A stretch of DNA of 32,288 bases from Catajapyx aquilonaris (lineage: Eukaryota), in contig KZ539142.1 in assembly GCA_000934665.2 (NCBI GenBank), positions 1 through 32,288 on the forward strand, written 5' to 3'. A model generated the notes under the pieces. It was not told the origin of the DNA and did not search any database. It worked only from the letters and a program-made list of their open reading frames with translations. Both the position numbers and the translations under genes were made by a program. Within the stretch, counting starts at the first letter, position 1; every line of letters starts with the position of its first letter. Below, in pieces: positions 24,501-32,288 of this stretch.

Positions 24501-25268
24501 GAGGCGCAGATATGACCTATTTTGTTAAAAAAAAAATCTCGAAAACCTACATTTTCAACTATAAATATTAATAAATAAAGGTAATCATCACAAATTCACG
24601 ATTTATTCTTTTTATTTACGTCAATAAGTAAACGCCGAACACAAGAAAAATTACCACAATTTTTTTTCAAATTATCACTCAAACTGGAATTTTTTAAAAT
24701 TCGCGGAATTTCTTCTTTTATGCACCCACAACAATTGACGTATTGTCAACAGCGCATAACTTGAGAAACAATACTCCTACAGATATGATGTTTGGACCAG
24801 CTGATTTGTTAAGGGTTTCCAAATCGGCTGGTTCAAACCTCATATCTGTAGGGGTATCGGTTCTGAAGTTATGCGCTGTTGACAATACATCAATTGTTGG
24901 GTGGATATAAGAAGAAATGCGGGGAAGGTGTGGTGGCCGAGATGGTAACGTCTCGGCTTGCTGAGTGAAAGGCCGCAGGTTCGATCCCCGCCTGGGGAAC
25001 TTTCCTTTCACCTGCGTCAGGAGGGTCTCTGACCTGCACCAAGGAGGTGTCTGGCAACCTAACCTCCTGGGGAACAGCACATGACCCATAGCTACGACAT
25101 TGCACCTTGCACCCATGTTCCCTCCCCAAAAATCCCTATCCTTTCCCATTGTCCCTGTTTCCTTGCACCGGTGAATAAAGTGAAAATATATATATACAGA
25201 AAACTGATGGTGGTGTGCGACCCCCCTATAGCTCCCGTAAGGGACATCACAGGGTAAAATAAATGAAA

Positions 25269-25299
<31 letters not shown>

Positions 25300-28200
25300 G
25301 AAGAAATGGCGCAAAAAAAACACAGTTTGAGTGATAATTTGTTAAAATTTTTGTGGCAATTTTTTGGATTGGACGGAAAAAACTTAACCGGTGGGGAGCA
25401 AGGGAAGGAATCGAGGTATATGGAACGTGAAGTGGCAAAGATTGGGTAATCAAAGAGTAGGTGAAAGAGGTCTAAGGGACAGTTTATGTTACACCAATCA
25501 CGTGTATTTTCTGACAATCTTATGCCAGTACCAGCTTTTATGGGGATATAGCCTACTGTAGGTGGAAAAATTTCAGGCATACCTCACTTAGACCGCCATG
25601 CCAATATAGCCACCAGATCGTGAATATCTAAAAACTGGTTGACCTCGACTACACCGGCATGTGAGGTACATTAAAACTTCTATAAGTCGAACTTCCCTAA
25701 GTCGAAGTTCTCTATAAGTCGAAGAAAATGATCAGCTTGGTTGGTCACAATGTAAAATAATAGGAAATAAACTTCCCTAGCTAGAATTTCTATAACTCGT
25801 AGTTCTCCATAATTCGAAGTGCAGGCAGGGCCTTACGATGGGATATCAATGCATTTTCAGTCTCCCTAAGTCGAAGTTCATGTTGGCAAGTACGGAAAAC
25901 ATTTTCTCATTTCCCAGCCGAAGGGTCGAGAGGAGGCCACATGTACAGAGAGGCTCAATTTCCTGACCTCCATCTACCAGACGTACCGAAACAAGTGTTT
26001 GACTCGATTGTGACAATTGAATCCTTGAATCTAAGAGTAGGCAAATGTCCATAACGGAGATTTCTTTACAACAAAACGACGAACATTGTACGTGTGATAG
26101 TGACAGTTATTTTAAAGTTTTGAACACCTTTCGTCACTGGATATGAAGGTATGCTTCCTTATGGAATTCTGTGCTTAAAAAAGCCAAACTTCTCTAACTC
26201 GAATCTTCTATAACTCGAAGTTTTTTCCCGGTCCCATGGAGATTCGACTTATAGAAGTTTTACTGTATGTGAGGTAATGCGGTACCATAACACAATGCAC
26301 AGAGTTTAATGTGTAGATGACTTTGTCTGTATTCACCTAGAGGTGACAAAGCTACTTCACCTCTCTCACCCTTCCTCTCTCCCTTCTCTTCCCCAAAACC
26401 AGCTGGTGCAGCTTCCTGAGCTCCTTGCTTTTCACAACCTTCCCCAACCTCCTTCCTCCACACCTAATCGCTACCAGGATTATGTGACCAGTGTATAGTT
26501 GAGGATACGAGGCCCGAGCAAACCACATATTGAGTACGTTTACAAGGGACTAAAAATCGGCCTGACCCAGGCTTCCTAAGCAAGGCCTATCTGCGCAAAG
26601 CCTGCTCCCACTTTTGCCACTGCTACATGGGACTGACTATACCGGGCACTACATGGGACAGAGGGGGTGAGCCGCCCGAAAATAGTCCCTACCATGCCGG
26701 GCCATACTCCGCTCCTCACAGCAAAATGTGCAATATGTGTAGCTCTGCAGCTACCGCATGGGCTGCCCGTGATAATTAGGCAGTTGAATTACATGTACCA
26801 GCACTGTTTATTCGAGAAAGCCACAGATACGGGGGGACTATTTTCGCGGCCAGTAGTCCACTCAGAAGCAAGTCCTGGGCTGTCCCCTAGCAGCCAATCA
26901 CCGCCATCGCCTTAGGTAGACCACCCGATCCAGAAGGCTTGGGCTGCGCCCGACAACGGATCAGATAAGGCCGGTCTATCGTAGGCCCAGCGGCTACATG
27001 GGAGTAAACCGGTTCGCCTAGCATAGGCGGCCGTAGCTAGGCTGATTTTTAGTCCCATGTAAACGTACTCATTGATACTGTAACAAATGCACTAGCAAGA
27101 CCCTCTACCAGCAGAAATAACTGCTTTCAAAAGCAGAACGGGAGTGCGCGACCCATGTCCATCTTTATGCTTGTGACTATACATTGTTGGTTAATGCTTA
27201 ATCAGGTTTTATGTCTTGAAATAAGGTCACATCTTACCTTCTTCATCTGCACATTCTTTGATTGGCACGGCCTTCTTTGATGCCATACCGCCAACCAGCT
27301 CCTTTCCTTTTCCTCGTTTTCGCTTGCACATTGGTGACCGAGGTCTTTCCTCTTCTGACTCACAATTTCTGAGTCTTTTCACTTGGGTGGCCAAGGTGTT
27401 CTGGCTTCTGGTTTTAGTACAAATTGCTGGGTTCGAGGATGATGGCACTGTATTAGCTGTTATGGAATTAAGCCATACAGTCACTTCAGAAGTAGAATTT
27501 ATTTCACTAGCTTCAGGAAGGATGTCTGGCTCATCACGCTGATTTGATTCAGAGGACACAAGGTCACTGGTGCCCTGACCCAATACAACAGTGTTATATG
27601 CATTTGCATGCTTCAGAGATCCAATAGAAGTGGTCCCACACGAGATAACATCATCATTTCCTAAGAAGTAATAAAAATAAAATAAATACATATCACACTG
27701 TATCCTTTACCCAAGACGTTGCAAGTTGGGTTATCTGGGTGGTGTCCTGCCATGGTGAATAAACCCTCAAATTATGTGTGTACATGGCTGACTGTCAAGT
27801 GGTTGGCCAGAGAATGTCAATAACTCCAATCAGGCTCTGATTTCACCTCCCTGTTATACGCCAATAAATCAACTCAATCCCTTGCCCATCTGCCATCCCA
27901 AGCCACCACCACCACCACCTCTCAGCAAGACATGATCCCCCAATTTAGTCACTTCAGTCTCAGCAGTGATTATTGGGTGTGAAGCGTGGCAGTAGTGAAG
28001 CAAATGTGTTCAACTAGGTAATTCAGTTTAAGTGGCAAGAGAAGAAGCACATCATTCTTACTTGCATATCCAATAGTTTGATTGAAGGCAGCATCAAGAG
28101 ATCTGATGGATATGATGACAGTGCCTGACGGTTCATCACCATACAGGCTTCTCTTTGGCATGCTCTTATTGCACAGTGGGCATTTGGGGTCAGCTTTTCC

Positions 28201-31200
28201 GAACAGAGATGTCTCGATGCAAAATCGGCAAAATCTATGATTACAAGATGTAACCATGGGTGACATCATCAAATCGTGGCTGTAACAGCAGAATGTAAAA
28301 ATTACACTTCAAAAGTCTCAATACAACACACTGATTCTGAACCCTAATACAGTGAAACCTGTTCATAACGGACCCTGGGTACAGTGGAAAATTGTCAATT
28401 TCTGGGAACGGGCACAGGACATGCTATATATATTTTTGACAGATATTGCGGAAACCTGTTCATTATGGAAAAATTTTCAGGTCCCATGCGATTTCACTAT
28501 GCACAGGTTTCACTGGAGTACCGTATTCCCCTCACTTAAAGCGGCATGCCGGTATAATACAAGGTCGACCAGCATGCCGGTATAACACGAGCTGCAATAC
28601 CAGAGGTAGATTGATCCATAATTTTGATCCTTGTCTTAATTTTTTTGGAATGCACATGGTACTGTACTAATATAATGATACAGTGAAAAATGTGCGAGTA
28701 CAGGCCTACAGGGCTGTCAGACTAGGCAAGTTCATCTGTTGCACAGGGCATAGAGTGTGGCCAATCCCATAATCAGCCGGCTCAGAGAGGGGAAACATTA
28801 CAAAGGATCAAGGCAATAAATTCCTTCAGTCCTTTCTTTTGCTCAATAGTTCGCTGGTCGCAGATCTCCAGAGGATCTCTTTATGTAGTGGTATCAATTT
28901 GTCTGAGAAGCCTCGTTACTCCGATAAAATCCAATCTCAATGTATGAAATATCCTGATATAGTATGTTATGCTTCCCTTCATGCAGCCTTGCACTTTTAA
29001 TTGAAAATGTTGCTGTGAAAGAACTTACGAACGATCTTATGCGATGTGTCAGGCAATAGAAGCAGTGATTTTGGGCCAATGACGTTGTGCCATTCAAAAT
29101 ATCACGCAAGTGGCGTAAATACTCATGAACATAGAAGCTATGATCATTTCTTAGGGCTATGGTGAAAGAAATTTCCGTCGGGGTTATACCAGTGAATTTT
29201 AAAAAAATATTTTGTTTAGTTGTATTATAATACAACCAAATCGGACGCGGGAGACAAAGGGTTAATTTAGGGACTTCTAGACAAATGAAAGTTGTTTCCA
29301 ACACAGTCATAGTGTAGAGCAGCTGTTCCCAAACTTTTTTGAACAAGTACGACTCCGCGAGGACCAGTAAACTGAAGTGCCACTGTCAATCGTTAATTTA
29401 CGCCCGTGTTGTTTTGAAGAAAAAGTCACTATAATCACTATAATCACTATAATTATGACGTTAAAGTGATATAAAATAATTAAAGAATCGTTTAAAAAAA
29501 GCGCGAGGTGTATAAACAGGTAAAACGACTGCAAAGTCATATGCGCGATTATAATGACGACCCCAAAGACAGCACAGGTCACACGAGTGGCCACACGAGT
29601 ACCACTTGGCATGGCTTGAAGTACCACCAGTGGTATGCGTACCACAGTTTGGGAACCACTGGTGTAGATCATGAACGTGTAAGTGTATCTGTTACTATTT
29701 GTGAAATATCTTGTCCTTATCTTCAGAGTAAATGCAAGCGAAAATCTAAGCGATGGAATTCAGTGATCTTCTTGGAAATTAATTTAGGGATTTCTAGACA
29801 AGGAAAATTCTTTCCAAAATATAGGCCCTATGTTGTTTTCCATGAACATGTAAGTATAGCTGTTATTATTTGTAAAATATATGATAATTATCTTCAGAGT
29901 ACATGCAAACCAAAATCTAGGTGATCCCAGGGTACCGAAGCAGTAGTGGCGGAGGGGATTTGGTATCCGACTGCTAATCGGGAGGTCCTGGGTTCGAGTC
30001 CCGGAGGCCGGCGGTCCTGACCTTGGTTTTCTGTGGTTTTCCAAGGTCGCCCCAGGAATAATTTCCAGGATCGTACCGTAAAATAGGCCACAGCCACTTC
30101 CTTCCTTTCCCTGTCCTGGAGGAGGTGCGGGTTAGTCGGGGGTTTCTAACTCGCATCTAGGGGGTCATCTTGGCGAACGGGCCCCCTGAGGGACTGCACA
30201 CGACCCCCAACTTGATGACATTGCACATGCACCAGTGTCCCCCCCTCCTATCCCCACCCTGTCCCTGCACGTAGTGGTATTCCACTCCCCTAAGAGAGCC
30301 CATGGCTCTAGCACGGGGTATATCTAAAAAAATAAAAAAAAAGTGATCCCAGGGTACATCAGGGGTATTCAACGAGTTTATGACAAGGTCCAGTATTTAC
30401 CTTTCCTGGGCCATTGAAGGTCCGAACCCCCTCCCCCCCCTCCCCAGCTAAAGATATGGATTTTATATTTTTATATGGTACCACAGGGTTCATTTTTGAA
30501 AATAGAAACATGTACAGCAAGGGTAGAAGGGCCTATCAAGACAGGCCATATTAAGTCATTTTCGCCCTTTATGATGTCCTGTACAGGCACGTCCAGGCAG
30601 AAAAATTTCGGAGGGGGGCCCATTTCATAAGCACAAGATGAACAAGCCGTAGAGGGCGGGGAGCAAGCCCGGCGCAGGCGAAATTTTTTTGACGGGGTGG
30701 AAGGTCACAAGAGCTTATGTGAAAGTGGGAGATTTGAATGGGTGTGTATTTGATAAAATTGGTAGCACTTTTTCCAAAAAATCATGAATTAGTAATTTCT
30801 AATGCTATTTCAACCTGTCCTGTATATCGTCGCGGTCCAGACAAAATTATGTCGCGGTCCGGATCCGGACCGCGGTCCGCCAGTTGAATAGCCCTGAGCT
30901 ATACTCTGCACCGATCCTTTTGGAAATTAATTTAGGGACTTCTAGACAAGGAAAATGGTTCCAAACACATACATAACGTAGAGCGTGAACATGTAAGTAT
31001 AGCTGTTATTATTGGTAAAATATTATTTTTAATCTTTAGAGTAGCATACATGTAAGCTTAACGGACACTAAATTCTAGATGATGGCGGTATATCTGGGGC
31101 CGAAAGGGAACATAATCCACAAAAGTCATCAGCAATCATGAAGTCAAAGTCCATGGAAGTACTCCTGCTAAATGTTAGGTGCTTGGATATGATTGAGAAG

Positions 31201-31846
31201 CACTGTACTCTGTACACAAAGATATCAGATTACTATTGCACCTCACATTAAATATAATAATAATAATAATAATAATAATTTGTACCCCGTGCTAGAGCCA
31301 TGGGCCCTCTTAGGGGGGTGGGATACCACCATATTTTATATATATATATATCTGGAACTCTTACTTTCGTTTTTACTTCTCTTATATGGGGATGGGATAG
31401 GGACGGAAGGAAGCGGCTGTGGCCTATAATTACGGACACGACCCCGGAATTTTCCTGGTGAGACCATGGGAAACCACAGAAAACCACGGTCAGGGTCGGC
31501 GGCCCCCGGGATTCGAACCCAGGACCTCCCGATTAGCAGTCGGACACCTCACATTAAATATTATATGCTACATTTGAACATATTTTAAAGTCCATTATCT
31601 TCGACTCTAGTCCCAGTGACGCCAGACGCAAGAGCGAAGGAAGGAACCAGTTACATCAGCGGAGAGTCACCCATCCAATTACGTCTGATTTCCGCCAGAA
31701 ATCTGTAGCAGCCATAGCAAGTCTCCACCTGTTCATTACCATATGCTGCAGGTGATTTCCAGCTTCATGCGTTCTATGATACTCCGGACTTCCTCCTCTG
31801 TCTCCTTGGTCATCCCGCTGATCTTCCCATCACCGTGTGGAGCCAT
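6010..31846 (-). CDS. BRCA1: BRCA1-like RING + tandem BRCT protein, 10 coding exons, about 858 aa (888 aa with the alternative exon-4 acceptor)
   Basis: Exons 31846-31740, 28279-28062, 27660-27238, 23379-22460, 18272-18204, 18134-18019, 12175-11875, 9155-9018, 6359-6239, 6173-6010 join with GT-AG sites and matching phases (2,1,1,0,0,2,0,0,1) into a 2577-nt stop-free frame. EEVRSIIERMKLEITCSIC matches human EEVQNVINAMQKILECPIC; no ankyrin repeats, which argues against BARD1. Confidence 0.88.
6239..6359 (-). CDS. BRCA1: BRCA1-like exon 9 (BRCT2)
   Basis: tttatttacag|GAVIACGGTPRPIVTDISTSSSEPAVIICDNHDSMKQRYN-G|GTAGTG; CGG and hydrophobic strand as in BRCT2. Too short to appear in the ORF track. 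Confidence 0.82.
6490..6960 (-). mobile_element. Non-LTR retrotransposon 3' remnant
   Basis: Broken coding-like frames ending in CACCCTATGACGGGGTAAA followed by an A-rich tail, the same terminal motif as the SINEs. Confidence 0.4.
7185..7764. mobile_element. Near-perfect fold-back MITE (Tc1/mariner-type, TA TSD)
   Basis: Arms 7181-7463 and 7486-7768 (283 bp, 3 mismatches seen), 22-nt spacer, CAGGGTG termini. Confidence 0.92.
7835..7919 (-). mobile_element. SINE head fragment
   Basis: Reverse complement matches the tRNA-like head of the SINE at 10662 (GGCATGGTGGTCT...GGTTCAAATCCCATCCCCGTCACCTCTGC). Confidence 0.7.
7967..8494. mobile_element. Second fold-back MITE (Tc1/mariner-type, TA TSD)
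   Basis: About 240-bp inverted arms with scattered mismatches, CAGGGTGTAAA termini. Confidence 0.9.
9018..9155 (-). CDS. BRCA1: BRCA1-like exon 8 (BRCT linker and start of BRCT2)
   Basis: tttttacag|EPFEMNSWVGTPGPQKARLSSKLLLQGMQICLIRSSGSKLSYDAWQ|GTAAGA; matches human DFEV...GPKRAR...IFRGLEICC. Confidence 0.88.
10064..10640 (+). mobile_element. piggyBac-type family D end with a family-3 SINE (about 10077-10404) inserted in its TIR
   Basis: TTAACCCTTTGTC is duplicated around the SINE; the sequence after it matches reverse copies at about 17130-17330 and 29030-29265. Confidence 0.7.
10662..10984 (+). mobile_element. tRNA-derived SINE (family-4 body); tail interrupted by MITE A
   Basis: A/B boxes (TGGTCTAGTGG, GTTCAAATCC); 3' end GATAACAGGGTATGAAT; (ATT)n resumes at about 11587. 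Confidence 0.8.
10985..11586 (+). mobile_element. pogo/Tigger-type MITE, family A, copy 2
   Basis: TA-CAGTAAAACTT...AAGTTTTACTG-TA; collinear with the other two copies. Confidence 0.88.
11875..12175 (-). CDS. BRCA1: BRCA1-like exon 7 (BRCT1)
   Basis: ttttttttag|C...VTHVIM...YLLGVAFRKWIISFSWVQECLSKKQLVSE|GTAAGT; gapless match to human BRCT1 (THVVM...[29 protein letters not shown]). Confidence 0.92.
12661..13186. mobile_element. Mariner-type MITE containing a PIF/Harbinger-type MITE (12846-13151, TAA TSD) and an assembly gap
   Basis: Outer TIR CAGGGTGTCTAAACTTTTTTGTCCGAACA; inner TIR GGGGTCGTCCATAWACCACGTGACCG with TAA on both sides; N run 12881-13035. Confidence 0.8.
14651..16105 (-). mobile_element. 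piggyBac-type MITE, family C, reverse copy with nested family-B MITE
   Basis: TTAA-CCCTCATAGGGCGGG left end; both parts match 2030-2856 in reverse. Confidence 0.8.
14894..15480 (+). mobile_element. TA-flanked MITE, family B
   Basis: TIR CYGTATTACCTCTCATATTGC; inverted copy at 20956-21491, fragments at about 25596-26284 and 28519-28795. Confidence 0.85.
16403..16792 (+). mobile_element. tRNA-derived SINE, family 2
   Basis: A box TGGCGCTGCGG, B box GTTCGATACC, long (ATT)n tail, TSD ATTAAGTGTCA (16389-16399, 16793-16803). Confidence 0.85.
17130..17330 (-). mobile_element. Family D fragment
   Basis: Matches 29060-29230 directly and 10430-10600 in reverse. Confidence 0.65.
17340..17720 (+). mobile_element. 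Non-LTR retrotransposon ORF2 C-terminal remnant
   Basis: LACLRLG followed, across a stop and frameshift, by SLC...DWFHLWWECKLF, a decayed CCHC knuckle. Confidence 0.5.
18019..18134 (-). CDS. BRCA1: BRCA1-like exon 6
   Basis: Weak AAG acceptor|NSGERSTFSPEDDHDMENDPDVVPLSLEAADNRPTDIT-AA|GTAAGT; the phase-2 donor matches the acceptor of exon 7. Confidence 0.65.
18204..18272 (-). CDS. BRCA1: BRCA1-like exon 5
   Basis: catcttttag|EQVGNMERKLQPNKSRKQHRDGY|GTAAGT, phase 0 to 0. Confidence 0.7.
18548..19010 (-). mobile_element. Non-LTR retrotransposon 3' end with tail
   Basis: CTLCNTLNFDLFHILYDCQFF (CCHC knuckle), then a stem-loop, AATAAAC and (ATT)n tail. Confidence 0.7.
19014..19390 (+). mobile_element. 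Family C 5' fragment
   Basis: Collinear with 2036-2415. Confidence 0.8.
19529..19811 (+). mobile_element. 5'-truncated family-3 SINE
   Basis: Matches the body and tail of the copies at 10077 and 24920. Confidence 0.75.
20340..20617 (+). mobile_element. tRNA-derived SINE, family 1, copy 2
   Basis: Collinear with 2920-3221; 14-bp TSD ACTTGTAGYGATTG with one CpG-type mismatch. Confidence 0.88.
20956..21491 (-). mobile_element. Family B MITE, inverted copy
   Basis: TA-CCGTATTACC...GGTAATACGG-TA; reverse match to 14894-15480. Confidence 0.85.
21787..22348 (+). mobile_element. Mariner transposase C-terminal remnant with right TIR and an internal inverted duplication
   Basis: GVFLRDNA (HDNA motif), DLEHNDYRL (YSPDLAPSDY), KWLAKQKVDDDEEL, GIQ...KCLDLAGNYFEK*, and TIR ending CCTCG-TA. 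Confidence 0.85.
22460..23379 (-). CDS. BRCA1: BRCA1-like exon 4 (large low-complexity central exon)
   Basis: Within the 380-aa ORF; acceptor ctcaattccatttgcag|GA AAG, donor GAA GAG|GTAAGC. An in-frame alternative acceptor would start the exon at 23469. Confidence 0.78.
23470..24341 (+). mobile_element. Mariner-derived fold-back element with N-terminal transposase remnant
   Basis: About 175-bp inverted arms starting AGGATCAAAAAGTTCCCGGAA; internal IKICVKLGKYSTE, HSGRP and VPRLLTPDQK in shifted frames. Confidence 0.85.
24343..25395. mobile_element. Tc1-type palindromic MITE with a family-3 SINE inserted (24920-25295)
   Basis: TA-CACTACCGGTCAAAAGTTT left end; internal palindrome centred near 24813; SINE flanked by 13-bp TSD ATAAGAAGAAATG. 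Confidence 0.75.
25395..25590 (-). mobile_element. Non-LTR ORF2 C-terminal remnant
   Basis: WCNINCPLDLFHLLFDYPIFATSRSIYL resembles the knuckle near 18850 (DLFHILYDC). Confidence 0.5.
25667..26267 (+). mobile_element. MITE family A, copy 3, inserted in a family-B end
   Basis: Collinear with 10985-11586; the family-B terminus GAGGTAATGCGGTA follows it. Confidence 0.88.
26532..27070. mobile_element. PIF/Harbinger-like MITE
   Basis: About 32-bp TIR GAGTACGTTTACAWGGGACTAAAAATCRGCCT, 3-bp ATT duplication, internal CTACATGGGA repeats. Confidence 0.75.
27238..27660 (-). CDS. BRCA1: BRCA1-like exon 3 (S/T/E-rich, candidate NLS KRKRGK)
   Basis: cttcttag|GA-NDDVISC...ECADEE-G|GTAAGA; open frame, phase 1 to phase 1; lies within ORF 27227..27691. 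Confidence 0.8.
28062..28279 (-). CDS. BRCA1: BRCA1-like exon 2 (RING finger C3HC4)
   Basis: ttacag|C-HDLMMSPMVTSCNHRFCRFCIETSLFGKADPKCPLCNKSMPKRSL...AFNQTIGYA-A|GTAAGA; all Zn ligands and the KRSL motif present. Confidence 0.92.
28348..28795. mobile_element. Small pogo-type MITE (28348-28517) abutting a family-B fragment (28519-28795)
   Basis: TIR CAGTGAAACCTGT / ACAGGTTTCACTG, then TACCGTATT and sequence matching 14900-15180. Confidence 0.7.
29030..29265 (-). mobile_element. piggyBac-type family D end
   Basis: Ends GGGAGACAAAGGG-TTAA. Confidence 0.7.
29320..29661. mobile_element. hAT (Charlie-type) MITE
   Basis: TIR CAGYKGTTCCCAAAC; 8-bp TSD GTGTAGAG / GTGTAGAT. Confidence 0.82.
29936..30342 (+). 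mobile_element. tRNA-derived SINE (family-4 head with central structured domain)
   Basis: A box TGGCGGAGGGG, B box GTTCGAGTCC, A-rich tail, 15-bp TSD GTGATCCCAGGGTAC. Confidence 0.88.
30360..30896. mobile_element. hAT-type MITE
   Basis: TIR CAGGGGTATTCAAC / GTTGAATAGCCCTG, subterminal CGCGGTCC repeats; no clear TSD. Confidence 0.7.
31256..31544 (-). mobile_element. 5'-truncated family-4 SINE
   Basis: 17-bp TSD CACCTCACATTAAATAT (31239-31255, 31545-31561), B box and (ATT)n tail. Confidence 0.88.
31740..31846 (-). CDS. BRCA1: BRCA1-like coding exon 1 (N-terminal helix and first RING CxxC)
   Basis: MAPHGDGKISGMTKETEEEVRSIIERMKLEITCSI-TG|GTAATG, phase-2 donor inside the second Cys codon. A second in-frame ATG (MTKETEEE) could be the real start. 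Confidence 0.85.
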
Positions 31847-32288
31847 CAGGCTTACGTCCCTGAACCAGGGATCAGCAGGAGTCGAGAAGACAGAAGACGT
31901 CAACAGACACCCGACACCATGCAGTCAGTTAGATACAAAGGGCTACGGGGCACGGGATACTCTCGCACTCGCACTGTCGCACGCAGACTCGCACAGGCCC
32001 AGAGCTTGCGCTAGGTAGCCGGCTTGCCGTCAATTTGGCGGGAACTGGGGTGTCTTGCACACTAGCAACAATAGATGGCGGAGTCCAACGGAGTCTGCTT
32101 TGTGCTTTGGGTCCGTTTTATACTTTCTCCAGTGGAGAGGACGGAAGCGCTTCGAAGATGGTCGACCGCGAAATTCATATCTAAACACCTTCACCAGAGA
32201 CTACAAAGTAGTCAGACTCGCCACGCAATGTTATTTGGCGTTCGCGTGAAAATCCGGCCGCCCGCATGAACTTGGGCTTGCGCCCGTT
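31847..32288 (-). promoter_or_regulatory. CpG-rich 5'UTR/promoter region with E2F-like sites
   Basis: GC/CpG-rich and TE-free upstream of the ATG; TTTGGCGGGAA 32034-32044, CCGCGAAA 32166-32173, TTCGCGTGAAA 32241-32251. Confidence 0.5.

Larger units (their letters stand above)
29262..31085 (+). repeat. Three diverged units (about 160-170 bp) of a tandem repeat, split by TE insertions
   Basis: TTAATTTAGGGAYTTCTAGACAA at about 29262, 29779 and 30927, each followed by GAACRTGTAAGTRTASCTGTTA. Confidence 0.7.

Noticed and set aside
24718..25580. 201-aa and 162-aa ORFs
   Set aside because: Both are read-throughs of SINE, (TTTA)n and MITE sequence; only a short LINE knuckle remnant is recognisable.
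30100..30200. HDV-like or hammerhead ribozyme in the SINE core (TGGCGAAC)
   Set aside because: I could not build the nested double pseudoknot or a CUGANGA/GAAA core; kept only as a structured domain.
29262..31085. CRISPR-like repeat-spacer array
   Set aside because: Units are long and diverged, the interruptions are TEs, and the context is a eukaryotic intron.
6010..31846. BARD1 instead of BRCA1
   Set aside because: No ankyrin repeats; the N-terminal helix, KRSL, GP..AR linker and intron positions all fit BRCA1.

Overview
Animal (probably arthropod-type, not determinable here) genomic DNA. One minus-strand gene spans most of the window: a 10-exon BRCA1 orthologue-like gene (CDS 31846->6010, 2577 nt, about 858 aa). 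I assembled it by hand from GT-AG splice sites with consistent phases. It has an intact C3HC4 RING, a low-complexity centre and tandem BRCT domains, and four intron positions match human BRCA1 exactly. All four phosphopeptide-binding residues of BRCT1 are substituted (S1655->C, G1656->D, R1699->P, K1702->E in human numbering) while the fold residues are kept. Intron 6 holds about 2 kb of apparently decayed coding sequence. The introns are packed with nested TEs: piggyBac-, pogo/Tigger-, mariner/Tc1-, hAT- and Harbinger-type MITEs, two large fold-back palindromes, mariner transposase remnants, several tRNA-derived SINE families with target-site duplications, and non-LTR 3' ends whose terminal stem-loop resembles the SINE tails. 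A decayed protein-kinase-like fragment lies near the left end. All homology calls come from recalled motifs, not database searches.
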